A DNA stretch of 64,000 bases from Chlorokybus atmophyticus (Eukaryota; Plantae; Mesostigma and Chlorokybus algae): the NCBI GenBank assembly GCA_009103225.1, contig RHPI01001965.1, positions 77,114 to 141,113 on the forward strand, written 5' to 3'. Shown in pieces: positions 1 through 13,444 of the stretch (positions are counted from its first letter, which is position 1; each line of letters begins with the position of its first letter). Position numbers and translations under genes: made by a program. The notes under the pieces are model-generated. The model did no database searches. It saw nothing but the letters and a program-made list of their open reading frames with translations, and was not told the origin of the DNA.

Positions 1-144
1 ACCCGCCACCTGCCGCATTTCGCGTTGGACAATGTCATGCAGTAGTCTTGCTGCGAACCGGTCATGGATGGCAGCCTCTGCACGCGTCGCCTACCGCTAC
101 TGCCGGGAGCGCGTCGGTCAAACCCGAGGCAAACGGGCCATACC

Positions 145-420
145 CTCGCAGTAGTTAGAGTCTGACTCATAAAACGCGTGTCCGCCAATAGTTGCTTAGC
201 ACCTCTCAGCTGTTGGCCAGGCCAACTTGGCCTTGCTCTCGCGGTAGGAGTCTGACTACTCTAGCGCGGCTTAGCGGTAGAACGCTGAGACATGCTGACT
301 CACAGTTCTATTCTTACTCATCAACCGCGTGTCAGCCAAAGCATGTTGTAGCCTCCCCGCACAGTGTCAGCTGTTGGCCTTACTCTCGCAGTACCGGCAG
401 GAGTCTGACTCATCATGAAT
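145..420. repeat. Degenerate tandem array containing GAGTCTGACTC palindromes and TGACTCA motifs
   Basis: ctcgcrgta...gagtctgact at about 145-168, 237-257 and 385-411; tcagctgttggcc at 206 and 367; TGACTCA at 163, 296 and 406. Confidence 0.7.
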
Positions 421-1257
421 AAGGCATCGGTCCATGTACAGTACATGTGATGTGTATATGTAGTACCTGTGCTGCGCAGGCTGTGTGTATCACTTTGCAT
501 GATACTGTTCGACAAGAATGCGGCAGGTGTGACGTCCAGATCAACTCTTGCCAACACAGCGTGGCTTGGTAAGACAAAGTCTCCTCAGGAATGACATGTG
601 AAGTGCGCATGCCGTCAGGGCATGAGGGTAAGCTTAGAGCTTCTCTCGGGGCAAACTGTTCTCTCCTCTCGCCACCGTCCATTTTCTGCTGCGGCAGCCT
701 GCCGACGTGCTAAGGTAAGCCAGGCGCTCTGCGCCTTGCGTGCGGTTTTGCTGTTGCCGCTCACTCGCGGTTTGGGTGTGTTGCACGCGCTGCGGTTTAC
801 TCTGTGCTCCAATGTCAATGCAATGCCAACAGTTGACACTGTCACCATATCACATTGACCTGCACAAGTGCAGACGGGTTGAGCTCGACTCGCATGCATG
901 TGCGTCACGTCTTGAGCGTGGGCCAGTGAAGCACTTGCCACAATAACTCAGTAGTTGCTTGAACTTAGTGGCTTGCTTCCTTATAATTGTGGCTAGTATG
1001 AACTGGGCAGCACAGCTAACAAGCGTGCCTTGTTTTGCCGCAGGGCTTGCTTGTCAATGTAGCCACCAATGCGGCACGTCTCAAGCTCAAGTAAGCCACG
1101 TGTGGGCGGTCAGTTTGTTCCTGCTACGCATTGACGTGTGGGGTTTCATGCAGTCTGCTGCACAACCGGGCACGAGAATGCTACGTGTTTGCCAGGCTGA
1201 CCCTTAAAAACATTTTGATGACTGTCGGTAAATGATGTGGTCGTTCTTGCGTGCAGC

Positions 1258-2379
1258 ATGGCGACCGAGAAGAGTCTCATCGTGGAGATTTCTGAAGTTG
1301 TGCTACCGGTGCTTAGGGCTGGCAGATATAAGCTCTGCATCGCCAAGCAGCTGGGTGACGAGGACTTCAACGTCATATGGCAGAGCATTGACAACCTTTT
1401 CCAATTTAACGAGTTCAGGTGGCAGGACAGTTTTCAAGTCTTTGGGCAAGAGAGATTCTCGCCTGGTAAACTTGTGCGGCCCAATACCGGAGTTCACGAT
1501 GTTCAGCCAGGCATGACCTGCCTTCTCGACAGCAATGCCATTTTGCAAGGTCAACAAGGTACTTCGTGCGTGTATGTGCACGTGTGCGGGCAGTATGCGT
1601 GTGGCTGGCAGCGCTAGTAAGCACACCCTCAACAGCAGCCTCAACATGTGCCAGCACATGTTGAGGCTGCTGATCGCTGACGGATGCTGCACCTCTGTGC
1701 GTGCCCAGGCGCCCCGACAACAACAGGTCCATTCTTTGTGGACAATCGGTTTGGCTTGATCTGCATCGGCGTAAATGCAATGATTAACGGTGAGTACAAG
1801 CCCTTCTACGTGGCAACAAGCCAAGCAATTCTGGGCCGCATCACGCTAGAACCCCAGGAGACTATCAAGGTTTTCTTCAATCGGGTCCTGACGACCAGCT
1901 GCATGTTCAATGAGGTCAGCGGGGAGTTTATCGACATCACGCTGGACTATCGCAAAGTTGACGACCACCATATCGTCTACACGGACAGCATGCACTGGGA
2001 GGAAGTCCTGGTGTCCAAGCGCGGCACCCTGAAGGGGGAGGCTGATGCGGACAAGCATGAGGAGGGCGCTCAGCTCCAAGTCTCCCCCGGGCCCGTAAAA
2101 CAGACGCTGATCAGGTACGTGGTCACGTTTCAGCCGACTATCCAACCTGCAATCAGAATGTGCTCAGTGCTCAGCGCATACCTCGCACAAAAGTTTGCCG
2201 ACCTGCAGCCTGAGAGTTTCATATGGGCAGCTGATGGGGGCTACGTCAGCTTCTCTCGCCAGAGATCCATTGCCGATCCCGATTTGGATGCGATTAAACA
2301 GGCTCTGAGAGACGCACGTGACTTTAAAGGCAACATCCTCTTAGCCAACGAGACATTCAGTATGACCATAGCAGGATAA
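1258..2379 (+). CDS. Uncharacterised two-exon protein (about 323 aa); the N-terminal ~190 aa resemble a fungal/bacterial hypothetical protein family
   Basis: ATG at 1258 (MATEKSLIVEIS...YKLCIAKQLGDEDFNVIWQ). A phase-1 GT-AG intron at 1559-1708 joins ORF 1237 to ORF 1684 in frame; stop at 2379. The family resemblance is from memory only. Confidence 0.8.
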
Positions 2380-3241
2380 GGTATGCTGAACAGTGCAGTT
2401 ACTACATCCCTACGCTCATCCTGCTCAACGCGTTCATGTCTGCCTTTGCATAGGCCATGTACGCGAGTGCACGACCAATTGCAGAATTGTCTTCGTCTCA
2501 TGCGGGTGCACACGTGCGCACATGCACACATTGTTGCACGCGAAGGAAGCCGTCAGAGAATGTTGTAGGTACCCAACCTCCACACAGCACAAAACCACTA
2601 CTACTTCTAGACAAACATGGGGCTGACGTATTTGGCAAAACCTTCGACCTCCGACTCAACACTTACTTGGCCAATAGTAACCGCCGCTTGCTACCAAACA
2701 GGTTGCTGCTGTGTGTCAGAAGATAGTTACTTCAGCAAGCCTCGAGTATTGAATGTCGGTATCAACCCGGAATCCTCTATGCAACAGAATCACGATGGCA
2801 CAAACTGAATAACAGAAGGGCCAATTGTATATCTATGCAAAAATTAAATGCAAGACAATGAATAATTTACGGATATGCAAATCATGCGCTCGCCGCAACA
2901 TGTGCATGAGCTGACTGTCACGAGTCCACACGCAATCACATCACAATGAGGAATTATCGTTGACCAATGCTGCATAGCCGAAAACGTATCAAACCCTTTG
3001 ACCTTACACATAACGTCCGAACCCTGGTTGCTGACACCCAGATGCTGACTTGATGTTACAATAGCAGCATTTGCAAGTGCAACAGCACACAAATGCTACG
3101 ACTCCACAACAGTTGTCTTTTTAGCACCATTTCCAGCACGAAAAGTACTCCATGTCGTCCAGGCTACTTAGGTTACTATCATCAAACAACACCAGGGCAC
3201 ATATATAACGGGAACCAAGGCACACACCGCAATTTGTCCAC

Positions 3242-6200
3242 TCATCCCGAAGCCGCCCGCGCTTCCGCACTCTTACTGAACACATCTTCAAGAGCTCCCT
3301 CAAATATAGACAACGCTTCATCGACCTGCTCTGCGGTAATGTTGAGAGCAGGCAGAAAGCGCAGCGTCTCCCTTGCACCTGAACCATTGGTTTACATGTA
3401 AGTTTTTGCTAAACACACATGCTTTACATACAGCCATGCAAACACAACGCAAATGTCTGCGACAGATGCTCAATACCTGTGCAATGCATCCAGCGGCTGC
3501 ACGGCATGTAGGTAACACAATACATACACACAATATGTTACCTGCTGTCATAATCAACATGCCGCGGCTGTAACACGCTCGGGAAACAGCGGTGGCAACC
3601 CCGGATTTCGGCGTCACACTGCCATCTGAGCCGCCAAATTCCGCCGCCACCATCAAACCCCTCCCTCGGATGTCAATGATGGGGAACCTCTTTGCCAGAC
3701 TCACAAGTCCCTGAACATCAGATGCAAGTATACAGTGTAAGTTTGACACCAGCCTGTTGGAGGGAGACCAACGTGGCGTTGAGTAACAACAACTAAAGCC
3801 ATGACGCAAACCTGCACGAGCTGTTGGCCGCGCTGAGTGGCATTGTCGAGCAGCTTTTCCTCTTTAATGACGTCTATGGTGGCTGATGCAGCAGCGCAGC
3901 CGAGCGCGTTCGCCGCATATGTGCCGCCCAACATGCCGGGCGTCATCTTGCCATACAGATCATCGCGCGTGGCCACGCCAGCAAACGGAAATCCGCTGGC
4001 AATGCCCTGCGCGTCAAGACCGTTCTTATGCACGTGTGTGCGCATGAGTGCCTGTGTGCGCTTTGTGCTTCTACATCCAACTTGCGCCCAAGCGAACACA
4101 ATAAGCTTGACAAAGTGTAAATCAGGTGAAAAATGCACAATTAACATGTGTGTGTGCACTTGCGTGCGCGTTAACCTGCTCAAGTCTGTACCTGTCGACA
4201 CACATGCGGATGCACGCAACTGAATCCATGTATTCTTTAGCCCATACAACGATGCAATCAATTCAAAACAAATGATGAAATGAAGTCAAGAAGAAATTAT
4301 ATGACCAACCTTAGCAAAGATCATTATGTCCGGGTCAGCTCCAGGGAGATGTTGATGGCCCCACCATTTGCCAGTGCGGCCAACTCCTGATTGAACCTGA
4401 GTACAACAATCTCAAGACTAACACACAACATGTTGCAAATGCTTATCGTGTTACACATCACCATGGCTTGCCTCGTCAACAATCAGAAGCAAGTTGTTCT
4501 CATCGCAGATCTTCCGCACTGTTTGCATGAAATCGGGCGGTGGCGTAAGGAATCCACCTTCTCCCAATATAGGCTCTATGATGACAGCAGCTGCAGAAAC
4601 GACCCAAAGCCTTAGCACATGTGATGCAGTTGCCAATGTTCATAACAATGTACATGTGTTATGTAAGTTAGAGGCAGAAATTGGCCTCTGGTTTAAACTG
4701 CACACACTGTTTTACTACATGAACTGGACAATCATGTAACTTGCTGTTGCAATGTGAGTCATTGACAACAGTTGTCACTGATCCAAATCAAGCAACAGAT
4801 TTGATGTTGCTATGTATGGTTGGCCTTATCACTGCTACTGACCTGTTTCTGAAGGATGTGTCTGTTGCTTGAGCATCCACTTGAGTGCTTCGTGCGGTCC
4901 TCCGCAACACCTCCTAGCATCGTATGACTGGAAGGGCGGTATGTACGGCTCTAACTGCATCAACAAGAATACCACTGACGCTCTGTTTAATCTCTTTCAC
5001 CTTTCTGCATGGTTGCAACTTAGTACGCTTGAAGCACATCTGAACTACCTGTTGCCCTTTGTTTTTGCACATTGATTGAGATACATGCTGTCTGAGTTGA
5101 TGTATCGGCAAGCTCTCATGTAGGTTTGACCATAGGACTTCTTGTTCTGCTTGTGCAGGAATAGATGTTGACTAACTGTGAGATAGTTTTGCAGACCCAG
5201 TCAGTGTAGCATATAATGTTATCATAGGCACCGCAAGCATGCATACGCTTCTCGAGTCACCTTGTACCAGTCTTTCCCGGATGGCGCGGCCTGGCGAACT
5301 TTGCAGTGCAGGCAGTACGGGTACGGCGCAATAAACACCTGAGGCATGAGGGGGCCAAAGTTCTGGCGGTACACGACTTTGGATGATGTTACCGCCATTG
5401 CCCCATACGTGCGCCCATGGAACCCACCCTGCAAGCAATCAGTTAATCTTATTTCTGTGTGCGCACATTCATTTGCACAACGCACACCCATGCACCAGTG
5501 CGTATGGGCATGCATGCAAGCGTCCATGCCTGCGCACTCTTGTACACGCAAACACACGCGCACGCACAGGAGCACGCGCACGCCTATGCACTCCCTGGCA
5601 GATAGCACCGGGATGCAAGTACATGTTCTGTGTGCTTACCTCAAAGGCGATAATGTTTTGCTTGCCAGTTGCAGCACGAGCTATTTTGATTGCATTGTCA
5701 ACTGCCTCGGAGCCACTGTTTGCGAACAGATAGCGTGGAAGGTTTGGCGGGCAGATCTCATTCAGCCGGTCTAGTAGCTCCACCTGAGATAGACGTTGAC
5801 GGGTTGCAGACAGACATCGACACAAGTACAACAATCAACTTGTTGACATTTTACCAATGGCTCAGACGCTGCGAACAGATTTTGCTGCGAGTGTATAATC
5901 TTCCCTGCTTGATCTGCTATTGCTTTGGCAACTTTTGGATGGGAGTGACCAGTGGACTGAGTCCCAATGCCTGTGTGTATGCACAATGATCAGACTTGAC
6001 AATCACAACCAATGGATGCGCTGTGTGTACCAGCAAGTAAGCTACTGGTTGGGCTTGATAAGCTGCACTTCAAACACAAAGCCTTTGCACTGTGCTTTCA
6101 GGCTTTCAAACATTGTTGCGTGTCGTAGTATGGCTGCCCACGTGAAACATAGAAAGCGAGTATGAACAAGACAATAGAGCCTTCTGGCACACAATCAGTC

Positions 6201-7355
6201 AGTGAGCACTAACAGTCAAACTTCATGAACAACAAAAGACGCACGAACACCAATACAACTTGTTGTACCACTTTGGACTATCAACCTGTTGAGGTTTACC
6301 AGTGAAGCAATTACAGGCCTCGTGCATGACCCGATGGCTGCTGGGTCAAGTAGAAAGTTTCACTTACTGACGTCGGGTTACGGGCTGCTCAGCAACATTA
6401 TTACCAGCCAAGCTTTACCGACTGCGTGTGACCTGGTTTAGTGAGCACTAACTCCCACAGGCTTGCAGGAAAGGGAGATGACTGCATGAGACCGCTTGAA
6501 GCTTTGTCACAAGGGATAGACTGATGGGTGCTGAGCAACTTTGTGCGACAGGTTCGGCATGCTTACAAGCGTGGATGAAGCTATTTACCAGCATGCTGCT
6601 CCTACGTTTGCATGTCAGCACGTACCACCGGCGACATCCAGGAGCTTCTGTCCGTCTGTAGTCCACACATACGAACCGCTGCCACGCGCCACCACAATGT
6701 CCTGTCTCGCAAAACACAGCGGTTGTTGACTGGCAATGCTGTGTTGTGCTGAAGCGTTGTGATGAACTTAACTTTGACAAACAGTCAGCACGGAGGGAAA
6801 GCACTCACTGAACCCAAAGCAATCAGTTTTATGAGGCTCCGTCACTGAACTGCTGTTTGCATGCAACAGCAAGCAGCTTTCGCCCTCTCAGGTAACACTT
6901 CACGACAAGAAAACCAGCGTGGTACACAACACTTTGCTTAACGCTGCTTACATGCAAGCAGCGGTTTAAGCAGTTAAGTACAGCAAATTTTCAACAACCT
7001 CTCGTCTGGCATCCCACGACAACAACTCAGGCAGTAACAACCTCATGACGCATGACATTGGAAGCCCTCTTCAACTTTGAAACGGGCTTCAACATGATGC
7101 AGCCCACACACACAGACACAGACACTACTTCACACATTCACAGCTGAAAACATGGCCATGCATGTATGGTTTCAACGCACGTAAGTTCCAAGAAAACAAA
7201 TCAAAGCCCACATACACAATTCCAATAACCGCGAGACAGCTACTACTTCGGCCCACATTTATGCGTGCGACGGCAGGCGACAGGTGGCGGGCAAATTTCT
7301 CGACCGCCGCAGCGCCTTCCTTCCGCAGCGCCGCCGTCAACGGGCCCGCCGCCAT
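3242..7355 (-). CDS. Class-III PLP-dependent aminotransferase (4-aminobutyrate/acetylornithine aminotransferase-like), multi-exon
   Basis: Spliced motifs: GIGTQSTGHSHPKV, NSGSEAVDNA, GGFHGRT, AAVIIEPILGEGG, LLIVDE|VQSGVGRTG, DIMIFAK|GIASGFP (PLP lysine), GGTYAAN, DIRGRGLM, TLRFLPAL. ATG at 7355, stop at 3242. Confidence 0.93.
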
Positions 7356-7535
7356 CTCCTTCCCCAACCAATGCTGACAACAGCCACCTCAGCAACGCCA
7401 CCTCACAAACAAGCTCAGCTTAACTCACCAAGCACTGATTGTCGTCCCACTCAAGGCGGTGGCGGAGGAGGTGGCCGTGGTGGAGGAGGAGGTGGCGGTG
7501 AGGTTCTCCACTAGTTTGGTCAGGGCGTTGGTCCT

Positions 7536-10500
7536 ATGCCAGGTGGTCAGTCTTCGGGGGATGGTGCTTCTGCACCTGAACCCCCACCCCCACCCAGCAG
7601 CAGCAGCAGCAACGGACCGCATGGTGGTAGTGGACGCGGTGGCCAGCAGCAAGGCAGTGGAGGCGGTGGTGGCGGTGGCCGCCGACGCCTTTGGCCTCCA
7701 CGCAAACAGCCGCAATCAGAGGGAGGAGGCGCAGGGGGAGGAGGAGGGGGAGTGGCAGGAGATGGAGGAGGAGCAGGAGGAAGTGCTGCTGGTGGCAAAC
7801 ACCAGCACCAGCAGCACCAGCAGCCGGCGTGGAGGCAGAAGCCACTACCGGATGCTCAGGTACATGGTTTTTGTCGAATTGCTAACGGCCACGCGCTTTG
7901 CACTGTGCCAAAGGCAAAGCGTGTGACCGAAGGCGGTTTCGTCCACAAGTGCACAGTTTGTACAGCCAACAGCCACGCACCCATGCCAAAAAGCTGTGAC
8001 ATGTTGCAGTGTCTCACTACTGCCCATCTATGTAGCAATTCACTACAACTGTAGGCTTAGTGCATGACCATAAACTCAAGCTTCAAGTGTTTATATTGAG
8101 AACCGCACAAACTCATCGCTATTTGCATTCAATTTCAGCACCGTGTTTCAAGAATGCATGCGGTTGTAGCCTGTTATGTTGTCGTTTATAGTGCAACTGT
8201 AAGCCATTGTTTGAAATTGGGTCATGATGCACATGCAAGCCAGGGGCTTGACGGGGGTTCATGTGTTTACTTGGCAGGGCAATACGCAAAGTGACCAGCA
8301 GCAGAAAGCCAACGAGCGCATAAGCAACAATGGAATGGCGGCACAACAAACCAGCAGTGAACAAAGCTCAAACACCACACCTACCACGCCAGCAACAGCA
8401 GGAGCAGAGGCAAAGTCAGCAAGCATCGCTCCCAAAGCTGTTAAGGCTGTCATCCGAGACCACAAGGGCTCATCTAAGGGCGACAGGCCTGAGCCCGGCC
8501 GCTTCGTTGCGTACCTGCCGCGTGACTCCGATGGCAATGATGCGCAGACACAGGCTGCGATCAACACCATTAACGAACAGCTAGCTACAGTGCTGCGGCT
8601 GCCGGCCAAAGAGTTCTGGCAATTTGGTACGCGATATACCAGTTCCTATCAGTTCATGTCAGTGATCCTGTTTTTACTCGTTCTAGCTGCTGAATATGTG
8701 CATGCGCTTGAGGTGTTGGTAACAGTCAAGCAAGCGGCATGGCAAGTGGCAATGCAGGGTGCGTGCATGAGTTCATGCGTGTGTGTGATGTTCAGTGTTA
8801 GCACATGTTTTCGTACCACGCATTGAATCTTTGGTTGCAGGCAGCCAAGCAATGCTGTGACTCATGTTGTGAACTTGTATCATGTGGCAGTTGTGCGAGA
8901 TGCATCCCTGATGAAGTGTTTGGATAGCTACCTGCGTTTCAGAAGGCGACCTGCTGACATTGAGGCCCAGTCAGAGACGCGCGTAAGTGTGCCGGGCGAG
9001 GAGGAGCTTGCTCGACGAGTGTTCATGACTCTGTACAGGATGTGAGTGCAATCACTGGCACTTACCTCAGGATCGTGTCTCGCGTCCGCGTGTGTGTGCA
9101 TGTGCTCATGCATCTGTGTTTGAATTGGAAGCTGACTCTGGGGAAACTGAAGTTGCTAACTCAACGGCTTCAGGTCAAGTCCCAAAAGCTTAGAGAATGC
9201 AAGTGACGGCTTGCCTGCACAGCAACACGGAGGTGCGTCTTGTTTACTATTACTATCCAGTCACTCCTACGCTCACTCATTGACATCAGTTGCTAGCAGT
9301 GTTGAACTTTCATTGACTCATGCGCTGTCGCTCTTCACAGAAATGCTGTATCGACATTGGCTGTTTGATATTCCGATGCTCATGGACATCTGCGCCATAT
9401 ACGGGCAACATAATTCCAAACTGACCGCCCAGCTGGTAAGCTAAAGGTTATGCGGAGCATCCTTTGCCTGACCACTGTGTGAACGCATGCGGCTGTATGA
9501 TTACAATCAGATTGAGTGTGAAGTGGCTTGGCAGGTGTCTAATGTGTTGACCGCTCAGCCCAAGTACTTGGATGACATGCGCACATCTGGCGCTCAACTT
9601 GCAACAACGCTAAATGAACTGTGCGACCGCTGCGAGAACACTGCTGTGGTGCGGCCAGTTACTTTGTCCTGCTGCATTATTGTATTATTGTGTTCAAGTG
9701 GTTCCTGACTGAGTTGGGTTGTGCTTGCATCAGGAGTTGGTCACGAGCAATGGTGCTGCCACAGTGGACACTCACAGGGTGGCTACCGAGATGATTGACG
9801 TAAGTTTCTTTTGGCTTAGTTCGAGTAGGTCTCTGCTGCGCAGCTCATAGAGGTGTGCAGGTGGCAGAGTTCCTGCATGATATGTGCCACACGCTCGACG
9901 CCTTCGTGATAGTGTACCCTGCGGCTGCTGCACTGCTGGTAACTGCCGCTGGGCCAAGGTGAGCAGAGTTTCACTATGTCTGATGGGCAGAGTTGTGACC
10001 ATTCCATGTGTAGTATCAATGGCACAACACGTCAACATGGCACAACTTGTCTCCCATTAGCAATAGGCACGCAACTCATTGTGCGACAGCAGTATAATTG
10101 TGCATGCAGCCTTGTTCCGTTGCTGTCATTAGTGTCGCTGTCTCCTTGATGTAGTCGGGGGGCGTTTTTTTTGTCTGTGCGGGGGTCCTGGGGATGGGGA
10201 TGGGGATGGTGTTTGGGGGAAGGGGGATTGCAGTGTGCAAGTGGCGGTTGGTGGATTTATATGGTTTGGAAATTGTGAGTTTTGAGTCTGCGAGTCCCAG
10301 CATGTGACTCCAACTGGTTGAGGTTATGGTTCTGCTCTGCATGTTCTGCGAGCACTTGCATGGGCATGTTTGCGTTGCAGTTGACTTGACGTTGCTGCAT
10401 GCTAACAACTGAGAAGCCCAATCACAATGCAGCAATGAGAAGCTTCTACCTCTGTTGGCACGAGTATACGACAGCATAATTCCACCATTAGAGCGCGGCC

Positions 10501-12845
10501 TATCTGCGCTACTCTCCGGTACAGAAGATGGAACACCTGAGGCTCTGCTACGAGATCATGCTGCAAGGTAATTGCCAGTAGGTTGTGCTTGCAGTTTCAA
10601 GCACATGCGATTCTACTGATGCTAACAACATGCGGCCGCGCAGACTTGTGTCACATGTGCGAAGGAGGACGCGCGCCTTGTCATGGACCCTACTGCACAG
10701 TGCTTACTTCATTGCACCAGCCATCAAGGACGCTGAGGCGTTGGGTGGCGAGCTTATGGGCACCTTAGCCGACATGTCAGGTGTTGTTGGCTCCTCAACA
10801 CCAACCTTGTTGCAGACCATTGAGCGGCGGTTCCACCTCAGTCGTGCGGTCGACCAAGCTACCAAAACTGGTAAGTGAAACAGCGCAAGCTCAGTATATG
10901 TGCACGTGTGCTACTGTACAATGACTAACAAGCCACTGCTATTTGGTTTGCAGGTGACATGCGCGTTGATGACGTGCAGTTGGAGTTCTTGCATTCATTA
11001 CTTGGAAGCTATGCCAGCGCTGCTACTGCGGGTACCATCCCCACCTCTGCACCCGTGCAGAAGCTGCAGCCAACAGTTGCACAATTGCCAGATAGACGGA
11101 TAGCGAAACAGCAGCAGCAGACTGATGATGTGCAAGCTGCTCAAGCTGCAGCGCAGAGCTCCTTAATTACGCAGATTCAGGACGTTCTGCCCGAGTATGG
11201 CGCTGGCTTCCTCGCAGCTTGCCTGGATGTCTACGACAATGATCCTGAGAAGGTAAATGCCACATACCATGGGGTTTTCTGGTTGGTGTGTGTGTGCTGT
11301 GCCCATGCTGGTTTCTCAACACAGGTGATGCATCACATCCTGGACGGGTCGCTGCCAGATGATTTGGCGAGTCTTGACACAACTCTGCAAACAAGACCTG
11401 CGAAGCTCGCAACTTCTCCTACTGACAAGGGTAAAGGCAAGGCTGTCCTCCAGGAACCAGAAGTGGACAAAAAGGGCAAGGGGAAGGCTGTTGTACCCTC
11501 AATATATCGTAAGTACTTGCATCTCGTGTCTTATGTAACTAACGTTCTTAACATGTATGATAGTAAGTGCGCTGGACTGCAGATTGTTGTGTTGAATGTT
11601 GTTGTTGTCTGGTTTTTATGTACTGATCGATATCAAAGGAAGTCGGTTAGACCATTGATTACCATCACAGACTTAATTAGGCAGATATGTATCGCATGTG
11701 TACAATCAGCGACAGTAGTATCATCAGCGGGCAGCATACAGCTTTGGATTCGTATCGTCTTGGCTGTTACTTCAGCAATCACAGTGCATCTAATGCAATT
11801 TTCTTGCTTCATTTGATATGAGGTGCTTGGGTGCAAAATGCAGGTGCCAGCAGCACTGCTGGCCCGTCATCATTGGACCTGCGCGAAGCAGGACCTGGAC
11901 CTTCGTCATCCGTGGCATTGGCAGCAGTTTCGGCCACAGGCGTCACAGGGCGATACGTGCGCAAGACGACGGGTGATGAAAGCATGGTATGTGACTGTTG
12001 CACTGTGACTCGTATTGGGCCTTTGTGGGGTGTGTGCATCCACTTGCAGTTCTTTATTGTGAGTTATTTACGGCAGCAAGGATCAGAGTTGATCAACGAC
12101 GTTTACACTGGCAGGCCTCAGTCCTTGATACACGAGAATTTGTTGATGAAAGCGTGCGTGCCATTGCCATCGATGCGCAATACGAGGCAAGTTTGCAGCA
12201 TACTTGCTTGTTTAGCAATACAAACTTATACTGTGTTTATCCCTACAGTACGATGATGAGTATGATGACTCGTACGACGAGCTTCTATACACAACCAACA
12301 GCGATGAAACGGCCGATGCTGCTATGGAAGCTGTAAGAATGAACACCACTGGCAGCAGTAGGCAGTCTGCAGGCTTTGGTGACAGCCCGCAAGTGCTAAA
12401 TAAGCCAGTACCCAAGCAGTCGCAAGCCTCTTCCAGTCAGGCGCCCAGCAACAGCACAATGTATGAGAAGGACGGTAAGTTGTACAACTACAAGAAGGAT
12501 GGCGCGAAGAAGACCACGCAAGCGCAGTTTGAGGTCGCCAAAGCCGCAGCAGCTACAGCCATTCATGGCCTTGGCGCCGGCGGCAATAAGGGGCTTGCAC
12601 AACCCAGGGAGGACAAGCGGGCTGCAAAGGATGATGATGATGGTGATGATGACATGGAGGATGAGGGTGGTAATCAGCGGCAGGACGCAGCAGCTGCAAG
12701 TATCCATCAGTCTTCTGTTCGAGGTAGGGGCAGAGGAGGTGCACTTAACCAACCGAGGAGAGAACACCACAGCGGGTTTGTCGGCAAGCACAGGCGGCGT
12801 GAGGGCGCTCTTAAGAAGCATCTGGCAGGTCTTGGAGGCCATTGA
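7536..12845 (+). CDS. ASCC2: Activating signal cointegrator 1 complex subunit 2 (CUE-domain protein)
   Basis: Exons encode LDSYLRFRRRP, LARRVFMTLYR and LFDIPMLMDICAIYG, a CUE domain (ITQIQDVLPEYGAGFLAACLDVYDNDPEKV...ILDGSLP) and the YEYDDEYDDSYD motif. The N-terminus is Gly/Pro-rich and the exact start is somewhat uncertain. Confidence 0.88.
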
Positions 12846-13444
12846 TTTTTGTGTACTCAAACAGGCAGCTGTGCTGTCTCTGTCAGTAGTTATCTGACCT
12901 CACCTTGTTGCAGTCATTACTGCCAGTGACGGTATGTCACTGGCAGCATTGCCATTTTGATATTGACACTTCGGACTTGTCAAGTGATGAATAACTGTTA
13001 GTGGCTCCAGGTTGACATGCATGCTGCCATAACACTTGCCTGTGCAACAACGGGTTTGCACACCAATGCTAGCTACCAGTTTCATATTATCCATTACAGC
13101 CTGCAACCACAACTCGGCCGTGCGGCGCATAACATGATGATTTTGGTTGGGAACTGCCTGTTTGGACGCGGTGCTCGCCTGCGACAACACTGATCGTATG
13201 ATGCGTGTGAAGCTGCCTTTGTCACAACAGGTATAACGCCAAGATTTCACTGAGATGTTTTGGCAAGGATCATGCCCTACGTCACACACCAGTGCGTTTT
13301 GCGACTGCACACGCAGTGGCTGTATGCAGGTGATGACACTCGCATGCATGCATGTCTAATGGGATGAGGGCAGTAGAGAAGGTATGTAGGTAGTGGTTAG
13401 GTTAGCAGCCCGGTGATTAATGTGAGTGCTTCATAGTGTGGTGA

